Shown piece by piece: positions 39,081 through 52,084 of a stretch of 64,000 bases of DNA. This DNA comes from Mobula hypostoma (lineage: Eukaryota). The translations under genes and the position numbers were made by a program. The stretch is from contig NC_086097.1 of the NCBI RefSeq assembly GCF_963921235.1, positions 66,590,001 to 66,654,000 of the forward strand. Direction: 5' to 3'. The notes under the pieces are model-generated. The model was given only the letters and a program-made list of their open reading frames with translations. It made no database searches and was not told the DNA's origin. How positions within the stretch are numbered: the first letter of the stretch is position 1; each line of letters opens with the position of its first letter.

Positions 39081-39919
39081 TCTGTTATCCTTTTATGTTT
39101 GACTGTTACAACCCTTTGCTGTCACAATGATGAGTGAGGGTTGCCGTCTGTAATGATCAAGATGAGAATTGATGACGTTACTCATCTGGCAAATAACCCC
39201 TGTGTCTCCCTGGGATGAACCAGTAATGCAGGTTGAAAGCTGTCTTGCCCAGTCAGAACTTTGAGTGCTGTGGACAAGGATATGGATCATTAAAGAAATC
39301 CATTGAAGAGAGCACCTCCAATGGTTCAGGATTGGTGTGGTCTTTTTGGGCAAAGCTCCCAAGAAGGTTTCAGACATTGATCCAGCACTACACCACCTGC
39401 TGAAAGCCTTGGCTATTAGCTGAGCAGTCAGGGCACCTCACTGATTGCCAAACATCCAAGAAGAGCAGAAGCATCTTTCAACTAACAGTTGAGAATTCTG
39501 AATTTCTTTTAAGACCTTTGCCACTGATTCCTTCCCTATATTTGATAACTTTCAGAATTTGAGCTAGGATGTTCACAATCTCAGTGTTTATAGTAAGCGG
39601 TCTGCTCACAAATCCAGCCTATTACTAAAACTGCTCCTGCCCCCTCCACACCATTGCCAGCACCGCCCAACTAGACTCAACTCAACTGCTGTTGAAACTG
39701 TCATCCACCTCCACATTTTGTATTCCAGTGGACTGCTGGTCACCTCTGTTGTTGTGATTAATGTAAACCTGAAAAAAGCCCAAGTTCAGTTGCTATATAT
39801 TATCTCACACTAAACCTGGCATCCATATTCACCCTCACTACTTCACAATTCAGCAATGCCTCAATTAAAAATGTTCATTCTTATTTTCAAAGTGATCTAA
39901 ATTAATTACAAATATAAAA

Positions 39920-40997
39920 CATAAAATAATTGATTGCATAGGTATTCAGCCCTTCAAGTCAGTATTTAGTAGATGCACCTTTGGCAGCAATTACAGCTTT
40001 GAGTCTGTGTCGATAGGTCTCTGTCAGCTTTGCACATCTGGATACTACAATTTTTCCCCATTCTTCTTTACAAAACTGTTCAAGCTCTGTCAGATTGCAT
40101 GGGGATTGTGAGTGAACAGTCATTTTCAAGTCCAGCCACAAATTCTCAGTTGGATTGAGGTCTGGACTCTGACTTGGGCATTCTAGGACATTGACTTTGT
40201 TGTTTTTAAGCCATTCCGGTGTAGCTTTAGCTTTATGCTTGGGGTCATTCTCTTGCTGGAAAACTAATCTCCCAAGTTGCAGATCTCTTGCAGACTGCAT
40301 CAGGTTTTCCTCCAGGATCTCCCTGTATTTCCCTTCTAACTTCACAAGCCTTCCTGGGCCTGTTGCAGTGAAGCAACCCTACAGCGTAATGCAGCCACCA
40401 AAATGCTTCATGGTAGGGACAGTGTGTTTTTGATGATGTCTGGTGTTTGGCTTATGCCAAACATAGCATTTAGTCTGATGGCCAAAAAGCTCAATTTTGG
40501 TTTCATCGAACCATAAAACCTTCCAGCTGACTTCAGAGTATCCCACATGTCTCCTAGAAAATTCTAGCTGAGCTTTCATGCAAGCTTTATTCAACAGTGG
40601 CTTTCTCTTTGCTACTCTCCCATAAAGATGCAACTGGTGAAGCACCCGGGTAACAGTTGTTGTATGGGCAGTCCCTCCCATCTCAGTCACTGAAGCTTGT
40701 AACTCCTCCAGAGTTGTCATAGATTGCTGGGTGGCCTCCCTCACTAGCCCTTTCTGGCATGATCACTCAGATTTTGAGGACGGTCTGTTCTAGGCAGATT
40801 TATTGCTCTGCCATATTCTTTCCATTTCTTAATGTTTGACTTAACTCTACTCTAGAGGATATTCAGTGATTTGGAAATGTTCTTGTATCCTCTTCCTGAC
40901 TTGTGCTGTTCAATAACCTTTTCATGGAGTTGCTAGGAGTGTTCTTTTGCCTTTATGGTGTAGTTTACGCCAGGATACTGACTCACCAGCAGTTGGA
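39920..40997 (-). mobile_element. Tc1-like transposon with frameshifted transposase pseudogene
   Basis: GRVAKRKPLL, VLWFDETKIELFG, FQQENDPKH, PSQSPDLNPTENLW and AVIAAKGASTKY in ORFs 40379-40744 and 39959-40345. Confidence 0.92.
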
Positions 40998-41250
40998 CCA
41001 TAAGACAATAAGACATAGGCCATTCAGCCCATTGAGTCTGCTCTGCCATTCCATCATGGATGATCCCAGATCCCACTCAGCCCCATCCACCTGCTTTCTC
41101 GTCATATCCTTTGATGCCCTGACCGATCAGGAAACCATCAACTTTCGCCTTAAACGTACCCGCAGGGTTGGCCTCCACCACAGTCTGTGGCAGAGCATTG
41201 CACAGATTCACTACTCTCTAGCTAAAAATTTCCTCCTTACCTCTGTTCTA
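40998..41250 (-). mobile_element. CR1 3' tail fragment
   Basis: cataagacaataagacataggccattcagcccattgagtctgctctgccattcc..ttggcctccaccacagtctgtggcag. Confidence 0.75.
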
Positions 41251-42473
41251 AACAAGGCTAGCATCAATTAAATATTTCAGCCATCTAATTGAGAGCTACT
41301 ATGTTTCACGAACAAATTAAATGTGAAGAATTGATTGTCTGCATTTTAAGCATGACAAATTTATTGTTACTTTCTCCAGTTTAAGAAAGTGTATTAAACT
41401 GGAGAAAGGTGCAGATGATCAATTTTTCTACTTGTAACAATACTCTCTGGTTTGACTTATCCTGGCTTTTTAGGGTGGGATAAAAACTACCTCTCTGCAA
41501 TACTTTCAAAGGAAAGAGGAGATGCTAACCCAGTCAGAAACTTGGCTAATTTTCAGGTGATCTTGTACATTGGACTGCATGGTATATAATTGATGGCCCA
41601 TCCTAAAAAAGTTTACTAAAGGCACCAACTATTTTCATAGTTGGCTTAAAAGAAATAAAGTTGGCAAAGTGCCAGGACTGAATGGGCAATGGTAGGCAAC
41701 TTCCTGACTGTTAAATATGTCTGTTAAATCTATCCATTCATGACGTAGTGAAATCACATTAACGAGATTTAATTCCTTCAGTAGGTAAAAGGGAGAGTTC
41801 AATTGTGAATTTGATATGGTCTGTGTGGATCTTAGAAAAGTTTTTAATAAGGTCTCGTAAAAGTGGACTGATCAGAAAAATTAAACACCATGGGATCCAA
41901 AGCAGATTAACAAATTAGAACTAAGACAGGTTTGTGAAAGGCAATGGTTGACAGACGTTCTTATAGTGAGAAGTGGTGAGTTTCACAGGTCTCTTTTTCT
42001 CATAACTGCTAATGATATAGATCTAACTATAGCAGCATTATAACAGTCTGCACATAACCTAGAGAAGTGTGAGGTAAAGCATTTGGGAAGTGTGGCAAAT
42101 TAAAGGAATGTATAATAAATGGGAGATGGATATTGAATGATTTGGATGATAAAGCTGGAGTGTATGCCCACAGATCCAAAAAAATTGCAGCACAATTGAA
42201 TGATGCAGACAACAAGGCATTTGGGATGCCGCTATTTATTAGCCTGGGTGTATAAGATAAAGGAGATGTATGCAGTTCCAGTATAAATACTAATTCTTCA
42301 CAACTTGACCACCACACACAGTTCTGGCTTTTATTCCTTGGCTAAATGTCATCTATTGCCATAGCTGTGTGTCAAAATTGCCAAAATATATTATAATTTT
42401 TGAATGTTTCTGACAATCAAAAACATATGAAAATTGTTTAAGAATACCCACATATTGAAATATTTTAAAGTTA

Positions 42474-42540
42474 CAGTACTGTGCATAAGTCTTAGGAATA
42501 TATATATGGCTAGGCTACCTAGGACTTTTGCACTGTACTG
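42474..42540. mobile_element. 67-bp Tc1/mariner-type MITE (hairpin)
   Basis: TA-flanked, with TIRs cagtactgtgcataagtcttagg / cctaggacttttgcactgtactg. Confidence 0.75.
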
Positions 42541-43589
42541 TAATGTATTTGTCAACATGGAACTGAGGGCAAGCTTGTGAATCTGGCAGGAGCAAAGGAA
42601 GCTGGGAATGGCAAGGGTGGAGCATCATGGGAGGGGTGTGGAACAAGCGGCAGAGAAGGAGAGCCAGGGTGGAGGGTGGAACAGATGCAGACACACCAGG
42701 CAAGGTCATTCGATTCCAAACTGTTGGTTTACTGATCATTACAGTATGTCACTGTAATGCTTCCCACTCCTTCCCCTCTCCCTTCCCATTTTCCCAACCA
42801 TGATTCGCTTTTCCCTGCCCCCCTTCCCACTCTCATCCACAACAGAGACTCATAGTAGAATCAAGTTTATCATCACTCACATTTGTCATGAAATGTGTTT
42901 TTTATTTACGGCATCAACACTCTACTGGAAGGTAATGAAAGAAGTGAAAACTACATATAACAAAAGTATTGTAATTGAAGCTTTAGAAATCTATGGTTGT
43001 TCTTTATGGTGATTCCATTCTGTTACTTCACAAATAATATTAGTCCTAGAAGATGTTTTTCTTTGCAACAAGAAACAAGTCAAAAAGTACAAAATTGTGA
43101 TGCATGAAATCAAAAATAAAAATGTGTAATTCTGAAAACACTTCACAAATCAGGTAGATTTTGTCAAGAGAGAAAAAGTTATTATTTCACATTTATGACA
43201 CTTTGGTGGACCCCTACCACTTTCAGAAATGTATGTTTTGAGATGCAATATTCTCACTGGTCAGAATTGCAGGCTCCCTGCGCAGATTGTCACCCACTCG
43301 TGAAGATCACCTTTAAAATTTAAAATTAGGGCAGTTTTTGTAGCCCTGTCCCTCATATAGCACTACACCCTATGATGGTCAGATAACAAAAAAAAACACT
43401 GGAAAAGTTTATATGCCAGATCATTTCCATACTTGAAATATACTTTCATTTTGGTAGAAAGCAATGGATTTGAACTCTGCTACCATATGTCATTATGTCA
43501 ATACCCTCTAAGTATTTGGATTCATTCCCACAATACTGTTTTGAAAAAATGGAGTAGTTTTTTTTCCCCCTGTTCAAGACAATAGTGAC

Positions 43590-43805
43590 CTCTCAATACA
43601 CAACATGTTGGAGGAACTTAGCAGGTCAGGCAGCAACAATGGAAGGAAGCAAACAGTTTACTTCTCGGGCTGAGACCATTCAATTGTCCTGATAAAGGGT
43701 AATAGCCCAAAAAGTTGACTGTTTATTTCCCTCCATAGATACTGCCTGTTCTTCTAAGTTCCTCCAGCATTTTGTGTGTGTTGCTGAAGCGTTTCAGCAT
43801 CTGCC
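43590..43805. mobile_element. Older Penelope pLTR inverted-repeat element (decayed hammerheads)
   Basis: atgttggaggaacttagcaggtcaggcagca..aaacagtttacttctcgggctgagacc mirrored by gtcctgataaagggtaatagcccaaaaagttgactgttt..ctaagttcctccagcat. Confidence 0.7.
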
Positions 43806-44194
43806 GAAATTTGCTCATCTCCAACGGTTGCCTCTCAACAAGTAGTACAGAGATTCCAGCATTTATACAACCCTGCTATTGTAAATTGACCTCTCTTTCC
43901 TTCCTATGACACTTTGAAGCCCATTTTCTTAAAAAAACAATTTGAGATGGGCAGAAATCATAAAGACTATAATATAAGTATACCGCTTGCTATTAAATAG
44001 TGAAGGATTAGTGTTGGTCCACCAAATATCTAAACCTATTATGATCCAAATATTTTAAAGCTTTACAAATTTTAAATCCTAGCAAGTGTTAGAATTGAAG
44101 ATCTCGAGTAATATTGCTGCAAGGCATAAATATTTGTTTTCAATTATATCAATTTTTTTATCATTCTATTAAATAATGTAAGTATGTTAACTTC

Positions 44195-44385
44195 TTGTAG
44201 AGGCCAAGTCATTGGATAGATTTAAGGAGGATATTGATAGGTTCTTGATTAGTCAGGGCATCAAATGTTACAGGGAGAAGACAGGAGAATGAGGTCGAGA
44301 GGGAAGATAAATCAGCCATGATTGAAAGCCAGAGAGTAGTCTCGATGGATTGAATAGCCTAATTCTGTTTCTCTGGTCTTATGAT
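44195..44385 (+). mobile_element. CR1 3' end fragment
   Basis: gtagaggccaagtcattggatagatttaagg..gataggttcttgattagtcagggcatcaa..cctaattctgtttctctggtcttatg. Confidence 0.75.
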
Positions 44386-44999
44386 CCATTCAACTGCCCA
44401 AATGATCATCAATGTTTGAAAATCTGTGTTCCTAGAAATGCTTGAGGATTAAAAATTGTTGATGGATTGGGTGTTTAGTCTCAAGTCATGCAAACAAGTT
44501 TTATCTAGCTCTGGTACATTATTTCCTCCTCTGGAATAATGATTCATTCAAAGTTTCCAGCTCAAAGTATACTTGTACCCAATAATTATTCCTAATGAAA
44601 TTCCATCCAGACAGTTCCTGAAAGATACCTCTCCCTTAATGCTTCTTCGTTCCCTATCATGTTACCACCATACCATTCTAGAAGGTGGAAGAATAATCTG
44701 GAACACCATTTGGCTTCCTCATTGGTATTGTGAAAAGCAGCAGGGCTTTGCTGGAATGCATAATTGACTGCCTTAGTTACTAGCCTATTTCTGTAATATT
44801 TCTATTGGAAAAGGGATAAACTAACATATGTTCACATTATCAGAGATACTGGAAATTTCTTGAGTGTCATTAGAGTTGCATTTGCTCAAATGGACAGTTT
44901 TATATTGTACTCTGACTTGTATTCTTTGGGTAGTGGAAAGACTTTTGAGGAGCCTGAAAGTGAGTTTTTCCTCTAAGTATGGCCAGGCTTGAATATGGG

Positions 45000-45645
45000 C
45001 TTGTTAATATCCATGTACGTCAATCACTGAAAGTTGACATGCAGGTCTAACTAGCAATTAGAAAGGCAAATGGTACGAGTACACTAATAGAAAGGGGATC
45101 TGGGGGAAAGAGTAATGAAGACTTATTCCAATTACATAGGATCCTGTAGTAACCACATATGGGATATAATGCTAAGGTATCTTTTCACTTACAAAAGTAT
45201 TATCTGCTTGTGATAGAGGGAATCAAAGGTTTGCCAAATCGATTCCTGGGTTGGCAGGTTGCCATATGCAGAGAGACCATACAAATTGGGTCTATGGACT
45301 GTTGAGCTTAGAAGTGTGTGAGGTAATTTCATTGAGATATATGATCTTCTTACAGGGTTTTACAGCTAAAATGCAGAGTTGATATGTATCCCAGCTCGGT
45401 GCTTAAAATAATTGTTCACAGTCTTAAAAATAATGAGTCACCTATTCAGAAGGGTAAGAATTTTTTTCAATTAAAGACATTAATCTTTTGCATTTCCTTA
45501 TCCTAATTTTCAGTAGAGGCTTAGTTACTGAATATGTCCAAGATAGTGATTAAATTACTTTTGGATATTTAAGGAGAGCTGATGAGATAATGGATCAGGC
45601 AGAAAGGGTTGTTGAGTCTACGAATGCTTCCATTTCTTATGTTTT
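45000..45645 (+). mobile_element. Old CR1 3' region remnant
   Basis: caatcactgaaagttgacatgcaggt..gcaattagaaaggcaaatggt and later CR1-like segments; heavily mutated. Confidence 0.5.
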
Positions 45646-48469
45646 GATTCCTACATACTGGGAAAGGAGAGGGCAGAACAGTGCTGGAAAAGGAAGATTA
45701 GAGGAACCACATCCATCTTCGTATTCAGAGAGCAAATCTTCGAAATGATGCTCTGCAAACACCAGAAGGTGAGATTTCTGTGTTTTAGATGGGGTATTTT
45801 TAGTGAAAGATGCCATCTATTGCAGCCACACTTGCAGTCTCCAGTGTGCTGGAGAGACATGGAGATATAACTTTTCAGGTCAGCTCTCCGTTGTTCTGTA
45901 ACTTTATCACCGAGAGAGATGGAGAGAATGAACTACATTTCATGTTCTATTGCCAAAACTAAAAATTTGGAGAGACTACGGGGCCCAGCTGGATTGTGGG
46001 ACATTTGACAACTAAGCGTGCTGTTTTTTGCATGCAGATTCAGAATCAGGTTTATTATAGCTGACATATGCAGTGAAATACTTTGTTTTGTAGTATGGCA
46101 CAGTGCAACACGTAAAACTTACTGTTCCAAAAATAAATGGTGGACAAGTGATGATGTGTGCTCTTCACCATGCAGGAGCTAGATACTGAATCTGCTTTTG
46201 TTATGAATTCAAAACTGTTTCTATTGCCTCAGTCTCTAACCTGTGTGTGATGTCAATTAATATCCCCACACATCGAGTCAGAGTTTGTGCTAAGAGATGG
46301 TCTCTCTGTCAGTGCTTACTGTTCACGCACCCCACCCAGCACCCTAACAAAAGTCCCACTTATGAGATCCAGTGCTGTGAGCGGGCACTTGAAAAGGGAA
46401 GGATCGCAGGGCAGTGTGTGGGGTGTCGTTGGCTGGGGCACCCAGAGAAAGTAGGCACCTATAGCTGAGCCACTCAGCAATGTCTGACTTGCTGAATGTG
46501 TTTGAATGTTTCAGACAATTGCAAACATTTAAAAAAGAAATCACAAACTATTTTTTAGCTTGTTAAAACTATCAAGGAAAAATATGAAAAGCCAAAAAAA
46601 TTAAAAATAACTAGATTAATAAATAGCTACCAATGTCATCCACGGCCGCTCAAATTTATTGTGGCATTGGGGTGGATGCTCGCTGCACTACTTCCATCTT
46701 GGTGCCAGAGCTCCAGATGGAAGGAGTTTTGAAGTGGAATACAGTTAGTGTCCACCAATAAAGGGCTGATAAAAAGGAAAAGTTGGAAGTAGGTACGTGG
46801 GGTAACATCCATAAACCCGATAGTTTGGCGGCATTTCTCTGTTAGCTGGAACCTGAGGACATAAGGTCTGGGTGCAGTGGAACACATGAAGATTGGGTAT
46901 GAGCGTGATTGATAGCAATGATCTGTAGGTAAATAGTGTGAGTGTGGTGAATTGAGTGGTGTCTGAAGTTGTTTTTGTTAGTGACCCACGACATTTTTAA
47001 ATGTATCACCTAGCTTGATTACTAATGTAACTGCATCACAACTCCAGACCTGGCACTGACTACCATATCTTCTGATTGTACTGCCTTCCAAATATTTACC
47101 TAGAAAGACAATGGCATCCAACATCCCTTCCTCCACCACCACCTTACCAGGGTACAGAACGTTTCTCTTTTCCACCTTCTCTTGCAAAATCCCTTGTGCA
47201 GTGTCCACTGTCCCATCAGTGCTATTTTTCAGAGGTTCTCAGACCTGATTGCATCCTGCAGGCTGCTAACTCCAGTGCCCTCTACTCCCTCCCCCGAGAA
47301 AGCATATTCTCTTTAGCACTGCACTCTAGCTTTAAGCATCCTGGACTGACTTTAATGGAGTGAGGCATACACTGCAATATTCCACGATTGGAGCACCAGT
47401 CATACTGCGGTGTGGTTGCTGCCAAGCTGGATGTTGAAGCTGTTAAGTGAGCAGTATGTTGGTGTGCTACCTACATTGTAATCAATGGGCACTAGTCATT
47501 GTACACCATGAGCCTCACAACTATTTTGAAGTTATGTAATTTACAGCCCCAAATCCCCACCCCACCAGACACAAACACCACTCATCTCCACACAACTTTG
47601 TATAATACATTACAACTCCAATTAACAGAAATGTTTGAAATTAGCTTTTTATCAACCACATAATTATGATATTATAAGTTTTAAAAACAATTGGTCAGAT
47701 ATTGTTCTGAGAAGCAAATGACATCTCACAGACACATTTCATGGGGTTTTGCACTGACTGGGAATCCATTCTGTACACTGCCCTTTCTAAGAACCCTGGG
47801 AGCTCTGCAATCAATTAATGAATTAGATCAAGATAACTTACATGAGGTGAGCAGTCAAAATGGGGAGAGTTAATTTGAATGTCTAATGCTCAAAAACTGA
47901 AATAAAGAGGAAGAATAATGGGATTAAGAAAAAGCAATGAACTTTTAAATTATTTTGTTGAAAATCAAATAATTAACAGCTGTAGGAATGAGATTTCACA
48001 TTTGACAAGTGAATTAAAGTTAATTTTCAGATGTTTTAGCAGAATTACAAATTTAACAAGCAATTAAAACTATTTTCACTTAACTAGACAGGTTTTAATG
48101 TTTCTGGTGATTTTCTAATAGGAAGTCTACCCCATGCATTACATTTCGCAGCTGTCTCCAGTGTTATGCCAGAAGGAATGTGCTGGAGTGCAGAGCAATT
48201 TTGACAGGAAGTTCCTGTTTTTGTGTTTCCTGAGCAAGCCATCTTTATACAGGTTATATTTTAATAAATGTGCTGACAGTCATCCTTTTTTTTACAAAAT
48301 AACATTGACTAGCCATGACTGTACTAAAACATTTAACTACATTCAAATAATTATTGGGAAAACAGAATTGCTTATATATGTAATACTGTACCACTTCCAT
48401 TCATACTTTATCTTCAAATCCAGTACTAGTTAATTTGGTGCCAATCTTTGACAACATGTTGAATCTCCA

Positions 48470-49000
48470 AAATTAAACATCAAAGAAATTGGCCTTTCCA
48501 TTTCTTCATTCATACCAACCATCCTACCTAACAACGCCCATCTCGCAATTTCCCTATATCTCCCTATGCCTTTCCTATCCAAGTGCCCTTTAAAGGTTAT
48601 AATACATCTCCTCTGGTTGGTCACTCCAGATATGCATCACCCTCTGTGTTTAAACCTACCCCTCTGATCTCCTTAAAATTTCTTTCCTCTCACTTGTGCC
48701 CTCTAGTTGTAGATTCTCCTGTGAAAATTATTCTATCTATCCTATCAATGACCTTCATAATTCTTTAACCCTCGATAAGATCATTCCTGAGCTGCATACA
48801 TTCAAGTGAAGGTAAGCTCAGATTGCCCTGTTTCTCTTTATAAATACAACCCAGTATTCCAGACAACAATCTCTTCCGCATTCTATTGCTACCACATTGT
48901 TCCTATAGTGCAGTGACCAAAACACTCTGAGTGTCGGTTTCGGCAATGTTTTGCACAACTGCAACATGAATTCCCAATCTTTTACTCAATGCTTCACAAA
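48470..49000 (-). mobile_element. Old CR1 3' region remnant
   Basis: tgccctctagttgtagattctcc..ctatcctatcaatgaccttcataatt..cctatagtgcagtgaccaaaac. Confidence 0.55.
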
Positions 49001-49227
49001 ATGAAACAAAGAAATTTGAATCCTATAGCCAAACACCATTACTGTTTGAATGTTATTATTCACTTTTAAAAGTTGTTAAGGTAGCATATTATTGAAAACT
49101 TTACATTTTTCTATTACTTAGTGAATTAAATGCTGCATAATTTCATATGGACAAATCCTTATCACAGAGACCGTGCTTTTATTTCAAACTAGGTTTGGTA
49201 ATAAAGTAACTGGAATTAATCTTTCTA

Positions 49228-49485
49228 ATCTATTTTATCTATCTATCTGATACAACACGGAATAGGCCCTCCCAGCCCTTCAAGCCACACCACCCAACAA
49301 TCCCCTGATTTAATCCTAGCCTAGTCACCGAACAATTAACCTAGCAACCAGTAGGTCTTTTGGACTGTGGGAGAAAATCCATGTAGTCACCAGGAGAACT
49401 ACTAACTTCTCTCAGGCAGTGGAGGGAATTGAACCCTAGCCGTTGGTACTGTACAGCCTTGTGCTAACCAGGACGCTATCTCCCT
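49228..49485 (-). mobile_element. tRNA-derived V-SINE-like element
   Basis: gggaattgaaccc (B box on minus), gtgctaacca..cgcta (A box on minus), gtctttggactgtgggag-like V-domain and aataggccct..gccc 3' part. Confidence 0.65.
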
Positions 49486-51249
49486 GATACTTTGCTCATT
49501 ATAAAATACGTAATTGTGGGAGTTTGTAGTTATTATATTAGTTAATATTTACATCAATATTTGTAATAAAATTAGATTGGACAAATGCTAAATTCAGGTG
49601 ACTGTTTGTATGTTTGTTAACACGGATTTGAATTGGTCTGCGAGGTAAAGTGAGGCGTGCACAGTAAATGGCCGAGTTTTTATTTTGCGGCGGAGTTGAG
49701 AGGCCTGGGCTGCCAGCAGGGCCAACACTGCAGTAAAGAAGGCTCTCCTCTCCCCCAAACATTCTCAAACTATTGCTAGCTGGCGAATCCCTGCCCGCAA
49801 CTTCCCCCAACTGAGAAAGCTTTAAGATTTTTAAGTGTTGCAGAATGTCCCCGAAACTTTTATACACTCGAAAGTTTAACAAACATAAAACAAAACCGAT
49901 CCCCTTTTTTTCATAGTTTAACAATCCCTCCGAGTTCAAAGGGGTCACGGATCCTTCGCCAGCTTTAAATATTAACGAATCCTGGTTGAGCTCTGGTCTA
50001 CACGGAGACAGGAGAAACACGAGCTCACCGATTCCGTATTACGGGTGCGCCGGCGGAAAAAAAAACTGGGAGCTGAGCTCCCGTTTGATAGCGTGAGCAC
50101 AAATTCCCGGACTTGCAATTATTTAAACAGGTTAGTGCCAGTAGTTCTGTGTGGCAATCATTAAAATATATTTCTTATGCATTAACTAACAAAGGAGGTC
50201 TTGCGAGTTTCTTTATAATCAACCGCAGTGTAAATTAAAGGCAATGTCTACATGAGGAAGCGTTATCCGTATAAGTAATGCAGCATTTCGCTCACTGAGC
50301 AACAGGATATTTTAAACTTTCCAATAATGCAGCAGAACAGCAACTTTCAAAAATGAGTAATACTTCGAGAGGAAAAAGTGCATATAAACCGCGTTTATTT
50401 GTTTCTACAACAGTGATTTTTGGAGTTCAATCATTTAAATTATTAAAACAATATGAAACTTCTCCACATTTAAATATATGAAGTTTTTACAAAGTAGTTT
50501 CTAGGGATCGTGGTTCCCCTGGCTGTAGTAAAAACGTCACATTCAGGGATCGTCCATCCATAACTGACATGAAAAGAGATTTATTCATGCACAGACTACC
50601 GAACCATTTGGATTCTCAGACTGTGGTGGCTAAGTAGATCAAGAATATGTTTTGAGCTGTTAGGAAAATCAAATGATGTGAGATTACTGCAGGAAAGTGA
50701 CACTGAGGTAAAAGATGTACGGTGGGACGATCATGAAGAAGCGAATTGCTTCTTCGGAAAAATCCATTTTCAATTCTTCTGTTCCAACTTAATTTAATTC
50801 AAAATACCCAAACCCTGGCCAATATCGTATCTTTTTTAGCGAGTAAAGGTGAAGTTGATATAAATATATTTCTGTGAGTGAAAGAGCATGTTGGGTAAGG
50901 CACATCCAAATGTTAATCTGCGGTTCCAGCCGTGTAACAGCGAATATAGATGCCATTCTGATCAAAGTCTTGCGACTGTAACGACATTTTTATGAAAATT
51001 AAACACATGAAACATTGCTAGATTAATGACACGGAAAAGAGAAAGAGCGAACCCAGCAATCGATTACAGTTTGAACATTTAAGTCAGAAATTAAAGTAGT
51101 CATGATACAACCCTATCAAATGTTGCGCCCCGTACTCACAAATAAGGCTCTGCAAACAGTAGTCATGGGTGATTGCTGGTATTTGTTTTAAGAAATTGTC
51201 TCCTAAGGAGGTGGTTGCTTCTGGTTTCATTTTCACAGGGCTATTAAAC

Positions 51250-52084
51250 CATTGCGAGTTTCATGCTTAGTTGTTCAGACAAAGCTTGCAAAGCGCAGAA
51301 ATGATGGGGCTAAAATAAAATCATCGGGAACGGGTCGATGCGCTCGTATCCTGCTTAGCATGGAATCCAGAAAAAAATAATCAGAATTATTAATGACCGG
51401 CTTTGGTTCAGGTGACAGCCTAAATTTACACAGTTGGTCTGAAATAGGCTGCCGTGCAATAAATTATTCTGATTGTACAGCGCATCTTGTTTAATTGTGA
51501 GCCCGTAGATTTCCCACAGCGCTGCCTTTCTGGCATTTAACTTTTACAGTGCAGAGCCGAACGCCGGTCTATGTGCAGTGCTTAGTTATCGCGCATTGTG
51601 TGACAAGCTGTACACGTGACTCGTAATTTGCACCAATACCTGAAGAAATCGGAGAGTTGGCTTTCGCGATTGATTATTTGCCTGAAGCTGCGCTCTGCGC
51701 AGCTCTTACAAAGTCAGCTGCGCACCCACATTACGGGCATTGGATCCACCGGACGATCTCAGGTCTCCGAAAGCGGCGTTGTGCCGTGCGGCGGACAACC
51801 ACGACACCTCTAGCCGCAGTACAATAGTGAGAATTGCCTGGTTGCCATTGCTGATGTTTGCCTGTTAATCGGTGATCTGTTAGATATACAGCAGCTTGTC
51901 TGCGAGAGAAGATCGGGCATTGTCTCCAGACATTTCGCTGGAGCGTCCGACACTTGAGAAGTCGGAATGGTCGGAACGAATAAAAGCAACGAGTTCGAGG
52001 AGATGCCGTACGCATTGCAGGCGAGAAACGAGCAAGCGCGGATTTGAGAAGGAAAGCCTTTACGATAGTTTCTGAGGGTACAGT
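51250..52084 (+). promoter_or_regulatory. CpG-rich putative SSTR1 promoter/5' region
   Basis: Marked rise in CpG density relative to the preceding repeat-rich DNA; E-box CACGTG at 51613-51618. The TSS cannot be determined from sequence. Confidence 0.45.

Noticed and set aside
46130..46460. Possible ancient SINE/Deu-domain element
   Set aside because: Similarity too vague to support without alignment.
49538..50020. 160-aa minus-strand ORF in the CpG-rich region
   Set aside because: Non-ATG start and no domain; likely regulatory DNA.
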